Origin: Takakia lepidozioides
Lineage: Eukaryota; Plantae; Bryophyta
Direction: 5' to 3'
Length of the DNA stretch: 64,000 nucleotides
Assembly: GCA_030704615.1 (NCBI GenBank)
Contig: CM060733.1
Location: forward strand, 49,104,001-49,168,000
Shown here piece after piece: positions 49,733 through 63,140 of this stretch. Position numbers and translations under genes: made by a program. The notes beneath the pieces are model-generated. The model saw nothing but the letters and a program-made list of their open reading frames with translations, did not search any database and was not told where the DNA came from. Numbering within the stretch: position 1 is the first letter of the stretch; each line of letters opens with the position of its first letter.

Positions 49733-52671
49733 ATGAACCAAGCGAGAGCTTTTTGGACACCCGTAAACCTAACTCCTAGCTTGAGATGCGCGGACGCCTT
49801 CCTCCATGTCTCTCCCGTGTCTGTGAACAACCGTAGTACCAGTCAGTCTCCACCTTCAATCAAGGATTGTGTCCCTCTTTCAGCTGCTATCAAGGATTTT
49901 ATCCATTTTCCAGCTTCAATTGGAACGCCCTCACCATTTGCAGCCCTGAGGTTGGATTCCACCTCGCATGCTGGAGCACCGGTGGCAGATCCGAGGGGGG
50001 AGGGACCTCATCTCATGGCCCAGGTTAGTTTCCTGGTCACTCTGTTGCTCTAGCATGAAAAGACGATTTAAGGTCGATGTATACTTACAGTAGTCATTGC
50101 TTAAGCCTTCAAGAGAAGAGCAGGCACAGAGTGTGACATATGGCTTTAGCCAGGAATTCGATGAGGATTAAATCGAAGTGGAAGATAGCTTCGAAGGATG
50201 TGGAAGGACTGAACTGTGCCAATTGTCAAAGGAACTTTTGGGACAATTCTTTGCCGCCACCTGCTCAATCCCTTTAGGTTTTTCACTTGCAACTGATCGA
50301 TGAACATTTACCTTCTTATGAATGAAACTTCGTGAGGTTTGAGGCTGGAAGACTGCCTACTACTGCTTGTGCTTCAGTACAGGAATGTGTTGATTAGGCA
50401 TGGTTCTGGAACACATTGGAGTGCTATTTAGGTGCGTCAATTTGAAGTGGTCAAACAGGTAGGTCAGTTGGGCACCGTTTGGAATACACAGACAATTAGT
50501 TTACTGGGTTGGGCAAGTGACATGCGTGTGCAACATCTAAGAGGTGTATTACGCTTTCACATGAAGCAGATGTGCACAGTACATCCCCTTGTATAAGCTT
50601 ATAGTAGGTGGTTGCACCATCTCTGTTTGTCTTTGTCCCTCACATTTTCTTGCTGAAAATGTGATGGACAGGGCGGTGGATAGAGTTGGACTGAGCACTA
50701 TGCCATCCATTATTTTTGAATCTAGAGTGGTAATTAAGGAAGAGACTTTAGAATTGGATATTTGCAAAGCTCAAAATATAGTATGGTGGTTGGTGCAGTT
50801 ACCCAGTGACACAGATCCCACCCCACAAATGCCAGGAGACCTTGATCCCTTGTTGATGCCAAGGCATGTGGCCATCATAATGGATGGCAATTCTCGGTGG
50901 GCGGAGAGGAGAGGTTGGCCAGCCAGCATAGGGCATGAGGCAGGTGTGCGGGCACTTAAGGACGTAGTGAAGTTGTCGCAGGAATGGGGCATTCAAGTGC
51001 TCACTGTGTTTGCCTTTTCCACTGAGAATTGGCTTCGACCTAAGGTAGGAAAATCTGAAAGTAGCATTGGAGGGAGCAAGAGATGGATGCTTTCTAGTTG
51101 TTACTTTGTCTGCATGTCTAGGACAGTGTGGGGGAACACTCCAGTCAGGCTGTAAGTGGAAAAAGTACTCCAACTGACCAGCCAAGGAGCTTGCATTTAG
51201 GGAGGGGATATTTGGAAGTTGCTGGCAGAAGTCTTGTGATCCAAAGCGTTTGCTGTGCCGTTTGTCTTCACGTGCATTTGCACTTCATCAGATGGTGCAC
51301 ATGGGTATCGAGAGGAGAATACGGGATTGAAGACAATGTGGAGTTAGGTGTAGCAACTCTGTTTTGAAGATGATTCAGGTCTAACCATTCAGATAATTCA
51401 AGGAAGAACCTGTTAGCTCCAAGAGGGAGATGACAGTGGTGAGGGATGAATTGTAAGGGGTGGGTAAGGTTACCGGTCTCTAAACCAAGCACATTAGTTA
51501 AAGTTACCATTGGTGGTCTGGGTTGTTGGTGAGGTTGCAGATGGAGGTTGACTTTTTGATGGGCTTATTTGAGAGGGTTTTGAAAAACGAGCTGGACAAC
51601 TTTGCTGAGTAAGTGCACTTTCTTCTGCGGCAGTTGAAATGCTTGTGTTGTAGACTTACTGTGTGGGATGCAAAGCATGAACCTTGCTTGGAATTGTGAG
51701 TAATGCAACTTTGTTACACCAAGGTGGGCCTTGGCCAAGTCAGCAAAAGCAAGCTGCATGGGAGGTTGAGGACATGGCTATTTAGGTTTGCCCATTCATT
51801 GGCCTATTTTGGCCTTGACCATGACCTGCTGGTCTTGGCATGTTATTCCTTCAAGCAACACTCAGCTTTCTGCTGTTGCAGCTTTTATCATGGGAGGCAG
51901 AAGCCTGACACCACTGCCTAGTGAATGTATACTGCTTTTTTAGCCAGTAACAGTTTCATGAAAGAAATGTCATAAACCCATATTGATGTAATGGGAGGCA
52001 GAGAGAGGCGGCAAGGGGCCTTGTAGCGGCCATGTTGTCTTGCTTTTAACTGCTGTAAATATATTCGTATATTGTCCCTTCTTTTAGTTACGGCTGGGAT
52101 TATAATGTTCAATCCACCAAAAAGGAAACATGGCAGCAGCAGCTGCTGGGTAGTTTAAAAGGAACCTTTTGCAAAGGGTTCAAGTGGATCCTTGTGTTCT
52201 GGATGATGCAGCGAGAACATTCAGGTGCATTGCATGGGTGACCTGTCCCAGCTGCCCGAGTCTTTAAGGAAGATGATAATCTGCTTAGAAGAGCGCACAC
52301 AGCACAATACTGGCCTTAAGTTCAGTATTGCCCTGAGCTACAGTGGACGCCAGGACGTTGTAGGTGCCTGTCAACGATTGGCTGCCCGAGTGCGGGATGG
52401 ACAGCTGAGTCCATCCGACATGACAGAATCAGCAATTGATGAAGAGCTGAAGACAAGCTGGGTGGGCGAGGCACGTGACCCAGACCTTTTGATTCGGACA
52501 AGTGGAGAGCAGCGTTTAAGTAACTTTTTGCTCTGGCAAGCAGCTTACACAGAGTTGTTCTTTGCAGACATGCTGTGGCCAGACTTTGGGGAGGCACAGT
52601 TCAAGGATGCCTTGTTGGCATACCAGCAACGGAACCGACGTTATGGGAAGCGCACCAAGGATAGTTTGTGA
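49733..52671 (+). CDS. cis-prenyltransferase (undecaprenyl/dehydrodolichyl diphosphate synthase family), probable plastid transit peptide; 4 exons
   Basis: Exons ~49733-50023, 50799-51044 (MPRHVAIIMDGNSRWA..GHEAG..LTVFAFSTENWLRP), 51541-51608 (EVDFLMGLFE), 52212-52671 (ALSYSGRQD..DPDLLIRTSGEQRLSNFLLWQ..RRYG). Start codon uncertain. Confidence 0.92.
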
Positions 52672-54981
52672 AATGAATTCACACAGAAATTATATTATTA
52701 CTGGTCAGTGAGCATGGGTGTAGCGCGGCCCAGTACACATTTCAATGTGTTTGCTAAATGATGCACGAATCCAGAGGTTGTGGCAGATCTTGCTGAGGAA
52801 TAAACTAAGTTTTCCTCTGGTTAGTTCGTCTAGGTAGATTGAGGATTTTCAAAATACTTTACCCTCCCAATGCCTGAATTGGACAGCAGTCACTTATCAG
52901 TGCCTCTCTCCTCTCTGATACACATGGTTCACAATCATGCTGTGCTCACTCCCCCAATCTGCAGCAGAGGCTACAGTAACATTCATTGGCTACCGAGGAT
53001 TTGTAACGATGTAGAAAATATGAAAATTGAAGGCTTCTATTGCTTTTGCCCATATTGAAATTTGACTACCACTGCTGAGCTGTGCATAAGATTGTCTGGT
53101 TCAGCTTCTAAGATGTGTTGGGTGTATAATTATCTTCATCATAATATGCATTTCGGTTTTTGTGAGGCTGGCCATCAGCACAATTTTCATTGCATCTACT
53201 AAGCTGCACTTGCAGAGGTTTGGAGAATCAAGCTGTCCGGTGGAAGACTTCTAGGTCATTACACTGGTGTGAAGCCTCTTAAGACCTATCGCCATAACCC
53301 TCTTTGAACTTGGTTTCCTGTTAAGTCTTCAACCATGGGCTTGCCATAGACCGAACATCAAACCAAGGGCTAGAAAAAACATAGAGAGTTTCAGTATTGG
53401 ACAGCGTACAATTGATAGCGGTCCATCGGAAGACCAGACAGAGCCCACTGCCTGCATGACAGGAAGAGAGGAAGGAATCAATCACCAGCCTCTAAGGGTA
53501 TTGTGAAGCAGGCAGCACAGACAAGGAATAGTAGAGCTCTCACTTACGAGCAAAACATGACTGGAAAGCACTCAATCCATTGCCTCATAAATCATGAAGG
53601 TACTCAGCACAGTATTTAAGTGGAGGACCCTTTGGGCATTGACCATGTCTGTGTTGTGCACACGTTCCTTGCGTCCCCCCTTCGCTTCACACCATGTACA
53701 AACTAGAGCTACTAATCCCAGCAGAGGCTCTACTTGCAGAAATGAAACCAAGTTATTCTCTTTGTCGCACCTATGCTTGCACCGCACACTGAAACCCGAC
53801 GAGGCTGCACTTAGGGTGGGGAATTCCTGTCTTGGTATCAGAAACCATTCATAATGTGTAACTTAGGCCACCGGGACTTGAGACAATAGTTCAAGCAACA
53901 ATCTAGTCATGCCCAAATATTTTAGGAGGGTGGTAAGGCTTGACAATTTACGGTCGGATCCATTGACCTGTTACTCATTGCTTCCCTTTGAGTAGCACCC
54001 TTCCCTTCGACTGAAATTGCACCGGCCTCAGTACTGCAAGGACATTGCAGACAGTTCATGTATCATAGCAGTACTTATAGTGTTCTAAACCTCTGCCAGT
54101 GCTACCTGGTTTAGGGCTCCACTTAGTCTATTTATATGACTTTCTTCACATGGCCGAGAGGAAAGGAGTGGAACTGCACGTGACCTTACCTGCTGGTATG
54201 GTGCGATCTGTGTCAGATTGCAGACTGTGTTTCAATGAAAACTGCAACTTTCCAGCAGTAATCGTTTGGGTAAAGGGGAGTGCCCTGCAGAGACACAGTT
54301 CATAAGAGGATGTGGCTTAAACAACGCATCTGGATTAACTAGTCGTGGGATTTGCATAAAAATAACCTCATCGGTACCTAGAGGGGAGGGTTGAAGGACT
54401 GAGATCCCCAGCAGAGTCCCTATCAGGGGCGGGCCAGCTCTGATGTCGGAGCCCCATTCCTGCCTGAAAGATCCACGAGGGGCCGATGTAAAGATTGAGA
54501 ATTGACAGAGGTTGAATCCTATCTAGCAGTCGCTGGGTTGCCCCTGGGTTGCCACACCGGGAAAGCTGAGCTTTCTCGAAATCTAAGGAGACTAGAGCTT
54601 TCAAGTCCAGATGCTTGTGCCTGATGAGCAAGGAAGAAATCATTGCATGAGGAGGCCGGAGCTCTGATTACAGGGAGCAAAGGGGTCATTAACCTGTTCC
54701 TATTCAAAATATACAGCATAGATTCTAGGCAATCTAGTTGCTATACTCTCGTGTCAATCCTACAATACACGTACACGAATGAAAGCTGAGTGTACGACTG
54801 ATTGGAAAGTATGAGTGATCGGCTGTCTGCAACAGCAATGTGCTGACAGCTTTCGTGTAGTGAGTCAAGGTGGTGAGAGGCTTGGTCAGGGGGCAAGAGC
54901 TGCGTGTACACAGTGAAGGAATTAACGAAAGAGGTGGCCTAAGTTAGGGCCGCCGACAACATTGCATTTCTATTGTGTATG

Positions 54982-56062
54982 GAGGTTGGGTAGCGTGTGA
55001 GCATGCTCACGTTGGCGTGCGTCTGCTTACGCGAGCATATAAGCATATTCTATATATTCCTTAAGAATCCTAAGAATATGCCACAGCGAAACCAGACGAC
55101 GCTCAAGCGAAAAAATTATGAAATTATCACGAAAACAGTGCTCACGCAACAAAACCTACGAAACTAATTGTCTAAAGTTGAACTCAGGTGAGCACAAACA
55201 ACCACAAATGTTTATGCCAGAACTCAAAGATCAGCAAACTTTCTATGAATTTTTACAAGTGAAACATATGTGTACAACATTCCCAATAACCGTACCACCC
55301 AAAAATTGGGTTTCTCCAGCGAAATTACCAGTGTTGGATTGGTATCAAGTTTTTTACATACAAGACTGGTCCTGGTACGAGACGCATCACAAAACTTTCA
55401 TACCAGTCTGGTCTATATAATGGTGGATGTATTTTTTTCCACATATTGGTATGAATATGAGTATCATGACCACAATACCAGCTGGTATGAGATATCAAAT
55501 CTGGTATCATTCCAATGCCATTTTGAGTTACAGATGTGTCAAATGGCAAGTATCAAGTGAAAACAAATAAAATATACATAAAGAAATAAATATACTTAAG
55601 TACAAATATATAGGCAGATGTACACATAAATTACTTCAGTATACATACCAGAGTAAATTAGGAAGACGGTGGGGGAGTACTGGTATTGTGGCTGGTATGA
55701 AAGAACTGATACCAGCCTGGTCTGGTATATGACCAAGTACTCTCCCAAATCATACCAGACTGGTCTGGTATCTAATACCAGTGCATATACCAGTCCTTCA
55801 CCTATATACCAGTCCAACATTGGAAATTACAGTGTTTTTTAATTTTAATTTTTTTAAGTTTTCTCCTTTTTCAAGCTCCTTCTATATGTTTAAAATTATA
55901 TTTACACACCATGTAGACCCTATTGACGCAGAAAGACCCTAAGACCATGTCTATTATATGTATTTCCGCTGGCATACATATTACCCCTATAATCGTGGAT
56001 CCTGCTGGCGCGGGTTTTTTTTTTCCGCTCACGCCGTTTCTGCTCACGCCATACCAATCCAT
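54982..56062. mobile_element. Non-autonomous MULE-family element (same terminal architecture as A/B)
   Basis: Ends GAGGTTGGGTAGCGTGTGAGC / rc ATGGATTGGTATGGCGTGAGC; 9-bp TSD TTGTGTATG (54973-54981) / TTCTGTATG (56063-56071), 8/9. Confidence 0.75.
55329..55822. mobile_element. hAT-type MITE nested in the above
   Basis: TIR CAGTGTTGGATTGGTAT / ATACCAGTCCAACATTG; perfect 8-bp TSD GAAATTAC (55321-55328, 55823-55830); many subterminal CTGGTAT/ATACCAG motifs. Confidence 0.9.
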
Positions 56063-56120
56063 TTCTGTATGTACGTACATGGTAGCCAAATTGGTTTCAA
56101 GTCTCTCCTTCTACTTCTTA

Positions 56121-56874
56121 GGGGGTTAGTATCCTGTGAGCACAGCGTGAGCATGCCCACGTGAGCACAACCCACGATCATGGGAGTTTTATGTTTTTAA
56201 ACCTCGGTCATATGAGTTATATGTTTTCAAAACGGGATAAAGTCCATAAGCGGGTATAGAGGATTTTTAAACCTCGGTCATATGAGTTATATGTTTTCAA
56301 AACGGGATAAAGTCCATAAGCGGGTATAGAGGATTGGTGCATTTGTACAGTACATCTGCGCCAATCCAGCGAGGCGAAACCTTCAGTAGTGTAGCCAGAA
56401 ACCCTAAACCTACAACATCAGCAGTGAATTTCGCATAGAGAAATACTTGGTGATACGGGCACAAACTAAGCAGCGGTGAATTTCGCATTGAGAAATACTT
56501 GGTGATACCCTAAACCCAACAATCCCACATCCAAAAACAATGGGTTGGGGCTTTAAAAGTGACTTATTCATCCTTTTAGCTACAGTGTGATTTCTTCTCA
56601 AGCAGAGTTTCGCCGAGCGAAATTATCCATGGGCGAGGACTTTAAATTTGAGATGAAGCCTCACCACCCACTCTCGCGCCTGTTATGGAGAAAAAGCCAC
56701 GCCTATATGGTAACATGTTCATCATATATAGGGGCTAAGTTGTTCTTTATGTGTTAGTTTCGTATAATTGTTTGTTTCGCCAATTTCATTTCGATGTGGA
56801 AATTTTATGGAAATTTCATGGAAATTTTGGGAATATACCCTTGTGCTCAGCATGCTCACGCATTACCCAACCTC
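56121..56874. mobile_element. MULE-family MITE, 754 bp
   Basis: Ends GGGGGTTAGTATCCTGTGAGC / rc GAGGTTGGGTAATGCGTGAGC; perfect 9-bp TSD TACTTCTTA (56112-56120, 56875-56883); internal 70-bp tandem duplication ~56195-56335. Confidence 0.9.
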
Positions 56875-57099
56875 TACTTCTTATTGTGAAGTGACAACCA
56901 AGTTGTAGCACAGCCCAGTGATAATCGGCACATACCACCTCAAAAATGGTTGTGGGTTCAATCCGGTTCAATCCCCGAGAGGGGGGGGGGGAGAGAGAGA
57001 GAGAAAGCTAGTGTGCATGAAATGCAAACACAAGCCTCCAAATAGTACTCGCAATGGGGCATTGAATCAAGCAGTGCTCAATAGTCTCTGGTTCATTTA

Positions 57100-57450
57100 A
57101 GGAATAGATGAAGCAAGGGTCTCCATTCAAATTGTGAGGGGAGCCCGCAGGCAGGATGCGGTTGAATCAACAGCTTCCAAAGAAAAGAGCTAATCTTGGC
57201 AGCTCTATCTTTTCGCCAAACCTCTTTCCAAAGCCGCTTCCAAATAAGAAGATGGAGATTCAGGTTCCATTTTTTGTTCCAAAGATTGATATGATGACGG
57301 GGTGGTCTTTGTAAAGAATAGCCCAGCTTGACCGAGTGGCTGAAAAAAAGCGTGTGGTGAAAGTCCATCCAAGTCCACTCCCCTAGGTCAAATTGTAGTA
57401 AAGCAGTGGGGGCCCAAAGAAACCATAGCATGGAGGAGTGAGCAAGCCAC
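57100..57450 (-). mobile_element. LINE ORF2 C-terminal (zf-RVT-like) remnant
   Basis: LWNKKWNL..IWKRLWKEVWRKDRAAKISSFLWKLL. Confidence 0.6.
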
Positions 57451-58212
57451 TGGATTTCTTCGCCAAGGCGGAGCAAGATTACAACATCTATCAGTGATGT
57501 TGGAAACCCTAATGTCAAAGAGGTTGTGAAGAAGGAGGCTAGTCTGCCTAGCGATATTGTGAGAATTGATAGCTTCATATTATCAAGTGAATTGATTTAT
57601 ATATGACAAAGGTTACTGAAAATAATAGATAGCCATCACATCATATGATTTTAAAATGACATATTTTTTTCATATCCCCAATGTTTGATAACAATATAAA
57701 TTCATTTCTTCAGAGGTTCAGATGGGGCTGACACTTTACACCTGCTGGCGAGTTGCAATGACTGTGTGATTGACGGGTTGATTTTTCCTGCTCCAGCATC
57801 CCATACATAAATATGGTACGGTATCCTACCAACTACTATCGAATTTTTAAGCTAAATAACATTTTTGAGGGTCCTTCGTATGTGTTTTGGGGGGTTCAAA
57901 ATGATCTCCATACCTTGGCAAATCAAGGTGAGCACATGCCAAAAATTGACTCTTCATAATATGTTTGACTCAATCCCTCTAGTGAGGGTCTGGAGTATAC
58001 TACAATAGTGCATCTGGTCAAAACAAATTGTAGATCCAAAAGTGGAATTTACAAATCTGGGTGGCAGTGCACTACCCAACTAAGGCTACTGTGGTTAGGG
58101 CCAACTTATATCAGCCGTCGGCCAAGATTGCACTAGATGACAAAAATGACACCTTGCTTCCATGTGTTAATTTTCGCCGACGCCCCGATATCAGTGCCCC
58201 GATATCAGTGAC

Positions 58213-58465
58213 CGCAATACCGGGGAATTTGGTGCCAAAGTTCATGGCCAAGAATCGGTAATCGCTTTTGACCTGTTGTACTGGGTTACCATGTCTCTTT
58301 TACCTGCTGTGAAGGTCATCTTTGTGCACATTGCTTGTAGGGACCCGATGAGCGCAATACCTGGGAATTTGGCGCGAGAGTTCATGGCCGAGAATCGGTA
58401 ATATCTTTTGACCTGTTGTACTGGGTTACCATGTCATCTTTGTGCACATTGCTTGTAGGGACCCG
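58213..58465 (+). repeat. Tandem duplication, 2 x ~120-140 bp
   Basis: GCAATACC(G/T)GGGAATTTGG...GTTCATGGCC.AGAATCGGTAAT...TTTTGACCTGTTGTACTGGGTTACCATGTC occurs twice. Confidence 0.85.
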
Positions 58466-58898
58466 CTACCTCGCTAGACCTGCCACCCCGTGGGACCCAC
58501 CCTTTGCCAAATGACCGGCTCAATTGGTCCGGGCCTTGGACAGCGAGGCAGACCTACTGCTAGATTGCTTTTGAACCATATGCACAGAAAGCAACCATCC
58601 ATGCCACCAGTCAACCATGCTCCATTGACGTCGTCCAACTTTGGATAACTTGGCCGGGACGGCCGATGCATGGAAGTTGTAGTTACCCTATAGACTTTTA
58701 CATTCACTGAAGATTTTAATATTTTATTGTCAATTTTTGGTCTCAATATCATCATATTGCTATAAACACATGATTATTGATTATTACTCTTCTTTAGGCC
58801 TAGACTTTCTCTCCGAGCATAGGCCCCACGGCTCCCATGCTTTCTGCTTCTTGAGGGTATTTTCTTAGGGGTCTATGCCTTAGTAGTTCTTTTTTCCT

Positions 58899-58900
<2 letters not shown>

Positions 58901-58931
<31 letters not shown>
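58901..58931. repeat. (TA)n microsatellite
   Basis: About 15 TA units. Confidence 0.95.
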
Positions 58932-58933
<2 letters not shown>

Positions 58934-60199
58934 CGCAAGCCGAAGCTAGCGTAAATAAGAGCCTCTTCCCCGCATTCCTCCTTAAGGGTTGGCTCACTAA
59001 TGCATTGACTACGGTGTGTGTGCCTTATGGTGGGCACGGGGTTTAATTTTTTGTCCCCTAATAATTCCAAATAGAATTTCTCCAGCCTCAGTCCCCTGTT
59101 CATCTTATTATAAAAAAGAAAAATACATATATACATACAAATATTTAAACCATACCTAAAAAAATAGGAGGATGCATACCTTATTCATCACCAGGACTCA
59201 TGCCCTCCGTTGGAAGGTGGAGACTTTGAACCCTAAATCACCTAGGTTACAGCATGGCCAGCAGCGGCCATTTCAGACGCGCCAACTCCATTCTGTGGCG
59301 GTTTGGGGGCTCTCCCCGCGTCCCCAACAGCACCAGCCCACTCCTTATAGTGCCGGCCGTCTCGCAAATCCGTACTTCAAGCACGACATCTAGAATTCCG
59401 TTGCCGTCCCCCAAAACCCCCCCCATGGCAACGTCTTATCCGGGCATTCTCGCTCAAATGTGTTGACAGGTGGAGCGGTAGGTGGCAGGGCCCACAAGTC
59501 AACGTAACCATCTCAGCCGTGTGCCCGGCGGGGGAGGGGGGGTTTGCCGTGGGAGGCTGCCATGCTACTAGCCTTCACACCAGTTGCCACACTACTATAT
59601 GGGCTCCGAGCAAAAATGGGCTAGTATAATGCCGTTGGCGTGTCTGTTTACCGCGCCACTGCTGGTCATGCTCTTATGGAGGCAAACACAAACTCGGCTA
59701 GCGCAACCATACACAAACAAACAAGCGACTAGTCGCGTAATGGCTCCACCCTAATTACTAAACTGAAATGCTAGTGTTGGTGGTCCTGATAATAATGAAT
59801 TAAATTCAAAGAAAAAATGCAAAAAAATAAAATTGAAAGTGGAACTAGAGGGATAAATATGAAGAGAATTGAATATAATGGAAGCCATTGTGATAAAAAT
59901 GAGAAAAAATGAATATAATAGAAATCTAATAAACGGTCTCTGAAGGACTCGTTGAAAGGACTCGCTGAAAATCTAGCTGTAGACTAAAATCTGAAGTTTG
60001 CAAAACTGAAAACTGAAGTCTGTAAAGAGAAAATTATCAACACATATCAATGGTAGTTCAAAAACTAACTAAGATGTCTGAAGGACTGGCTGAAAATCTT
60101 GCTTCAAACTTGAATTCTAAAGTTTACAAGACTGAAAACTAAAGTTTGTAAAACTGAAAATTGAAGTCTATAAAAACACACATCAATGGCAGCTTGTAC

Positions 60200-63140
60200 A
60201 ATATTGTTAAAGTAGTCATATATTGCAATTGTGGGCACCCAATCCACTGTTTGAAGTAACTGGTTTCCACATGCAGTTTGCCAACATGCATTTTGATCAC
60301 ATGAAGGCACAACTTTGAAAAACGAAATCGTATGAAACCCAACCCATGCTGAAGATATTGTGTTACCGTCTTTGGGTCAACAAAGATGTGTGACATAGTT
60401 CTCCCAACAAGCTTAATTGAGGCCTGTATGGTTCATGGAAGGACAAAAACAGCCACGATAGCATAGCCGAAACATCACTTTCCCATGCCAGCAAAATTAG
60501 AGATGCCGATTACTTACGATCAATCCATGTTGGAATATGTGAAAATGAAAATTCCCTCTTGCACAGAGATTTAAAAACTAGATTCTAATCATCCTGAAGA
60601 AGGTCAGTCCCTGGTGAGAATATCTCGGACAATGTATCAGAAAATGGATAATATAGTCTTCAAGCTGCCCGCACATCTGGGAATTTCACTCTCCTCTTTC
60701 TCTTTGCATCTGTTTATTGTTCAAAGGAACGAGTTTAAATTTCAGTCTAGTGCCGGGTAGGTAGACCCTTGTGCCCATAGAATAGATGAGAGAGGAGAAC
60801 AAGCTGTTGGAAAGTAAGGATGAACATTTACCCTTTGGCGGAAATGGGGGACATACCAGGCACATCATAAGTATCTTGACAGTTTGCACAGACATCTTTG
60901 GGCATGAGAGCTGCCTGCTTGGCAGAAAATGCTTCTTTGATATGCGGCAGCAGAACCCACATTGGGAGCACATCATGGGTGACCTTGCACTCCTTTGGAA
61001 AAAAAGAGGGGAACGGGAGAATGAGCCATGTCAAAGTAATATTGCCGAGTGAAAAGCCTTCGCAGCTTGAAAATCATCCATGAACACATATCAATTTCAG
61101 AGCTTAGTGACTCCATGAACAATGGAAAAAGGTCCATCAAATGCAAAAGCACAAAGTCCACTGTCAGATTAGAGTTGCAACTACACAGTGATCCTGGGTC
61201 CCAAAGTCCAAGCCACATGAAACCACTCATCAACCGCTATCCAAAGAAGCAAGATGATAGCAAAAAACATATTAAGCCAACCTGGGCTTCGCTAATTTCA
61301 TGAGACACAACAAGAGATAGGCTTTAATAGAACAGTACGCCAGTGGGAAGGGCCAAGGGACACTGTCTCGATAATCCTTGCCCACCTCAAAAAAAAACAC
61401 CCTCAGCTTTGATGCTTGAAAAGTAGCAGGTCCAAACAGTCTTTCCTGTAGAATTCCAAACCTGTCTATGAGACAAATAATAGAACCAACGAAGAATAGC
61501 ATGAAACTCTAGAAAAACCTTATTCTGTTTCAGCTCAAGCCTTTTTCCCTTACCCCACTACTCTGAAGCCAGGTAGACAACGATTGTAAGTCTATCCAAC
61601 CCTCTATCATACCAAAACAAACCTTTTGCAACTGTATTGGTGCTAAGCCCTTGTATAGTAAAGAAGCTTGCTCTAAAACATTTCAGGCAGAAAAGAAAAA
61701 GTTGAGGATGTAAAAGCCAACAAAACTTCCACTGTTTTTTTGCTGCTGCCTTTCTGATGTAGTTCAAATCAAATGGCGCACACACATCATGGATCCTCCA
61801 TGACTTTTAAGTGAAAAAGATGTTGGAGTATCTTACCACAAGCAATCCAAAGGTGGTGTGTGTAGTTTCTGAAGTACTAGTCCGTGAAAAGACATGGCCT
61901 TGGCTAATTTCCCCACTCCAACAACTGGAGACCAGAACGTTAGGGCTTTGAACGCTCACAAAATGCTGCATGGCCTGTCTAGAGGCATGTGCTCTGACTT
62001 ACAAAGCCGATGCTCTTGAAAAGGGCAGAGATCTTAGGTGATCAGTCAACTACTAACAGCCTGCACGCCAAGCATCCCAGGCAAGATGTAGGGCATCGAC
62101 TTTGGATGATGCTTGACATGTGACAACTGGGCACCGATACATAGCAGCATCAGAGTTAGGGTTGCCACACTCAACGACCCTTCCAGACTCTTCCGAGAAA
62201 TGACCCCGCTGTCGCTTGTAAGTGATCAGGAAAGTCTCAAGATTCATCGGCTTGAAGTAGAAAAGTTCATCCACATTCCGAAGGCTGGTGATGTCTATCT
62301 TCACAGTTGGTCTTGTCAGCCACCTAGCAAGGATTGAGGGGTACTCCAGAACAATTTCAAGGGAATAGTCAAGCCCATCATCTAAGGAGTCTGCATTGTC
62401 TTGGAGCAGCGTCCAATTGGCACCTACTGGTCGACAGCCCTTTATGTATATTTTCCTATCCTTGGGATTATACAGACTTCTGAGGATACACAAGCAAATT
62501 TTCAACAGAAAACCCAGCTGGTGTAATCTTCAAGTGCGCTCCCACTTTGCAATACCCTGGTTGCTTGCTTGGGCGGCGTGCACTTGAGCGAGGATTTGCT
62601 TTGAACGCCACTAGCCATTGTCCCTCTGGAACCATGGTAAATTTACTCTCCTCCCTCCAGTTTATGACATGTGGTCCTCAAGTCCCATCACAAGGCTCAC
62701 GATAATCCAACCTAGACTGCTGCTTCTGCTGTGGAAGCTGATTCAACTGAAAGATCTGTGTTTAAGATGCTGTAATCATCCAGTCCACGGAGAGCAGGGT
62801 AATGAAACACACTGGCCCGGATTCTCGATCGAACGAGGTTAGGTTCATAGTTCATACCTTTCCATCACTGGGGGAGAAGAACATACCAACAGCCATCAAT
62901 GTAGCAGGATTTGACCCCAGAATCATCTGGATGGCACATATTCTATAAACTAGTGGAGGCACATCTGCCACATTTGGGTATTTTCTGGGGTAGGTACATC
63001 AGGATCTTCGTTCTTTTCATTATCGATGCGTGGTCTCCTCTTGAGGGAGGAGCCAATATCTGGCTGTTCCCATAGACTGATCTCACAGGCAATCCATGAA
63101 TGCAACGAGGAATGGATGAATTTCATCTCACATATAGACA
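60200..63140 (-). mobile_element. Degenerate L1-like LINE (ORF1 and 5' ORF2 remnants); limits approximate
   Basis: ORF1-like RPTVKIDIT..IVLEY and CLKCF knuckle-like remnants, with fragmented ORF2-like frames downstream; many stops. Confidence 0.4.
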
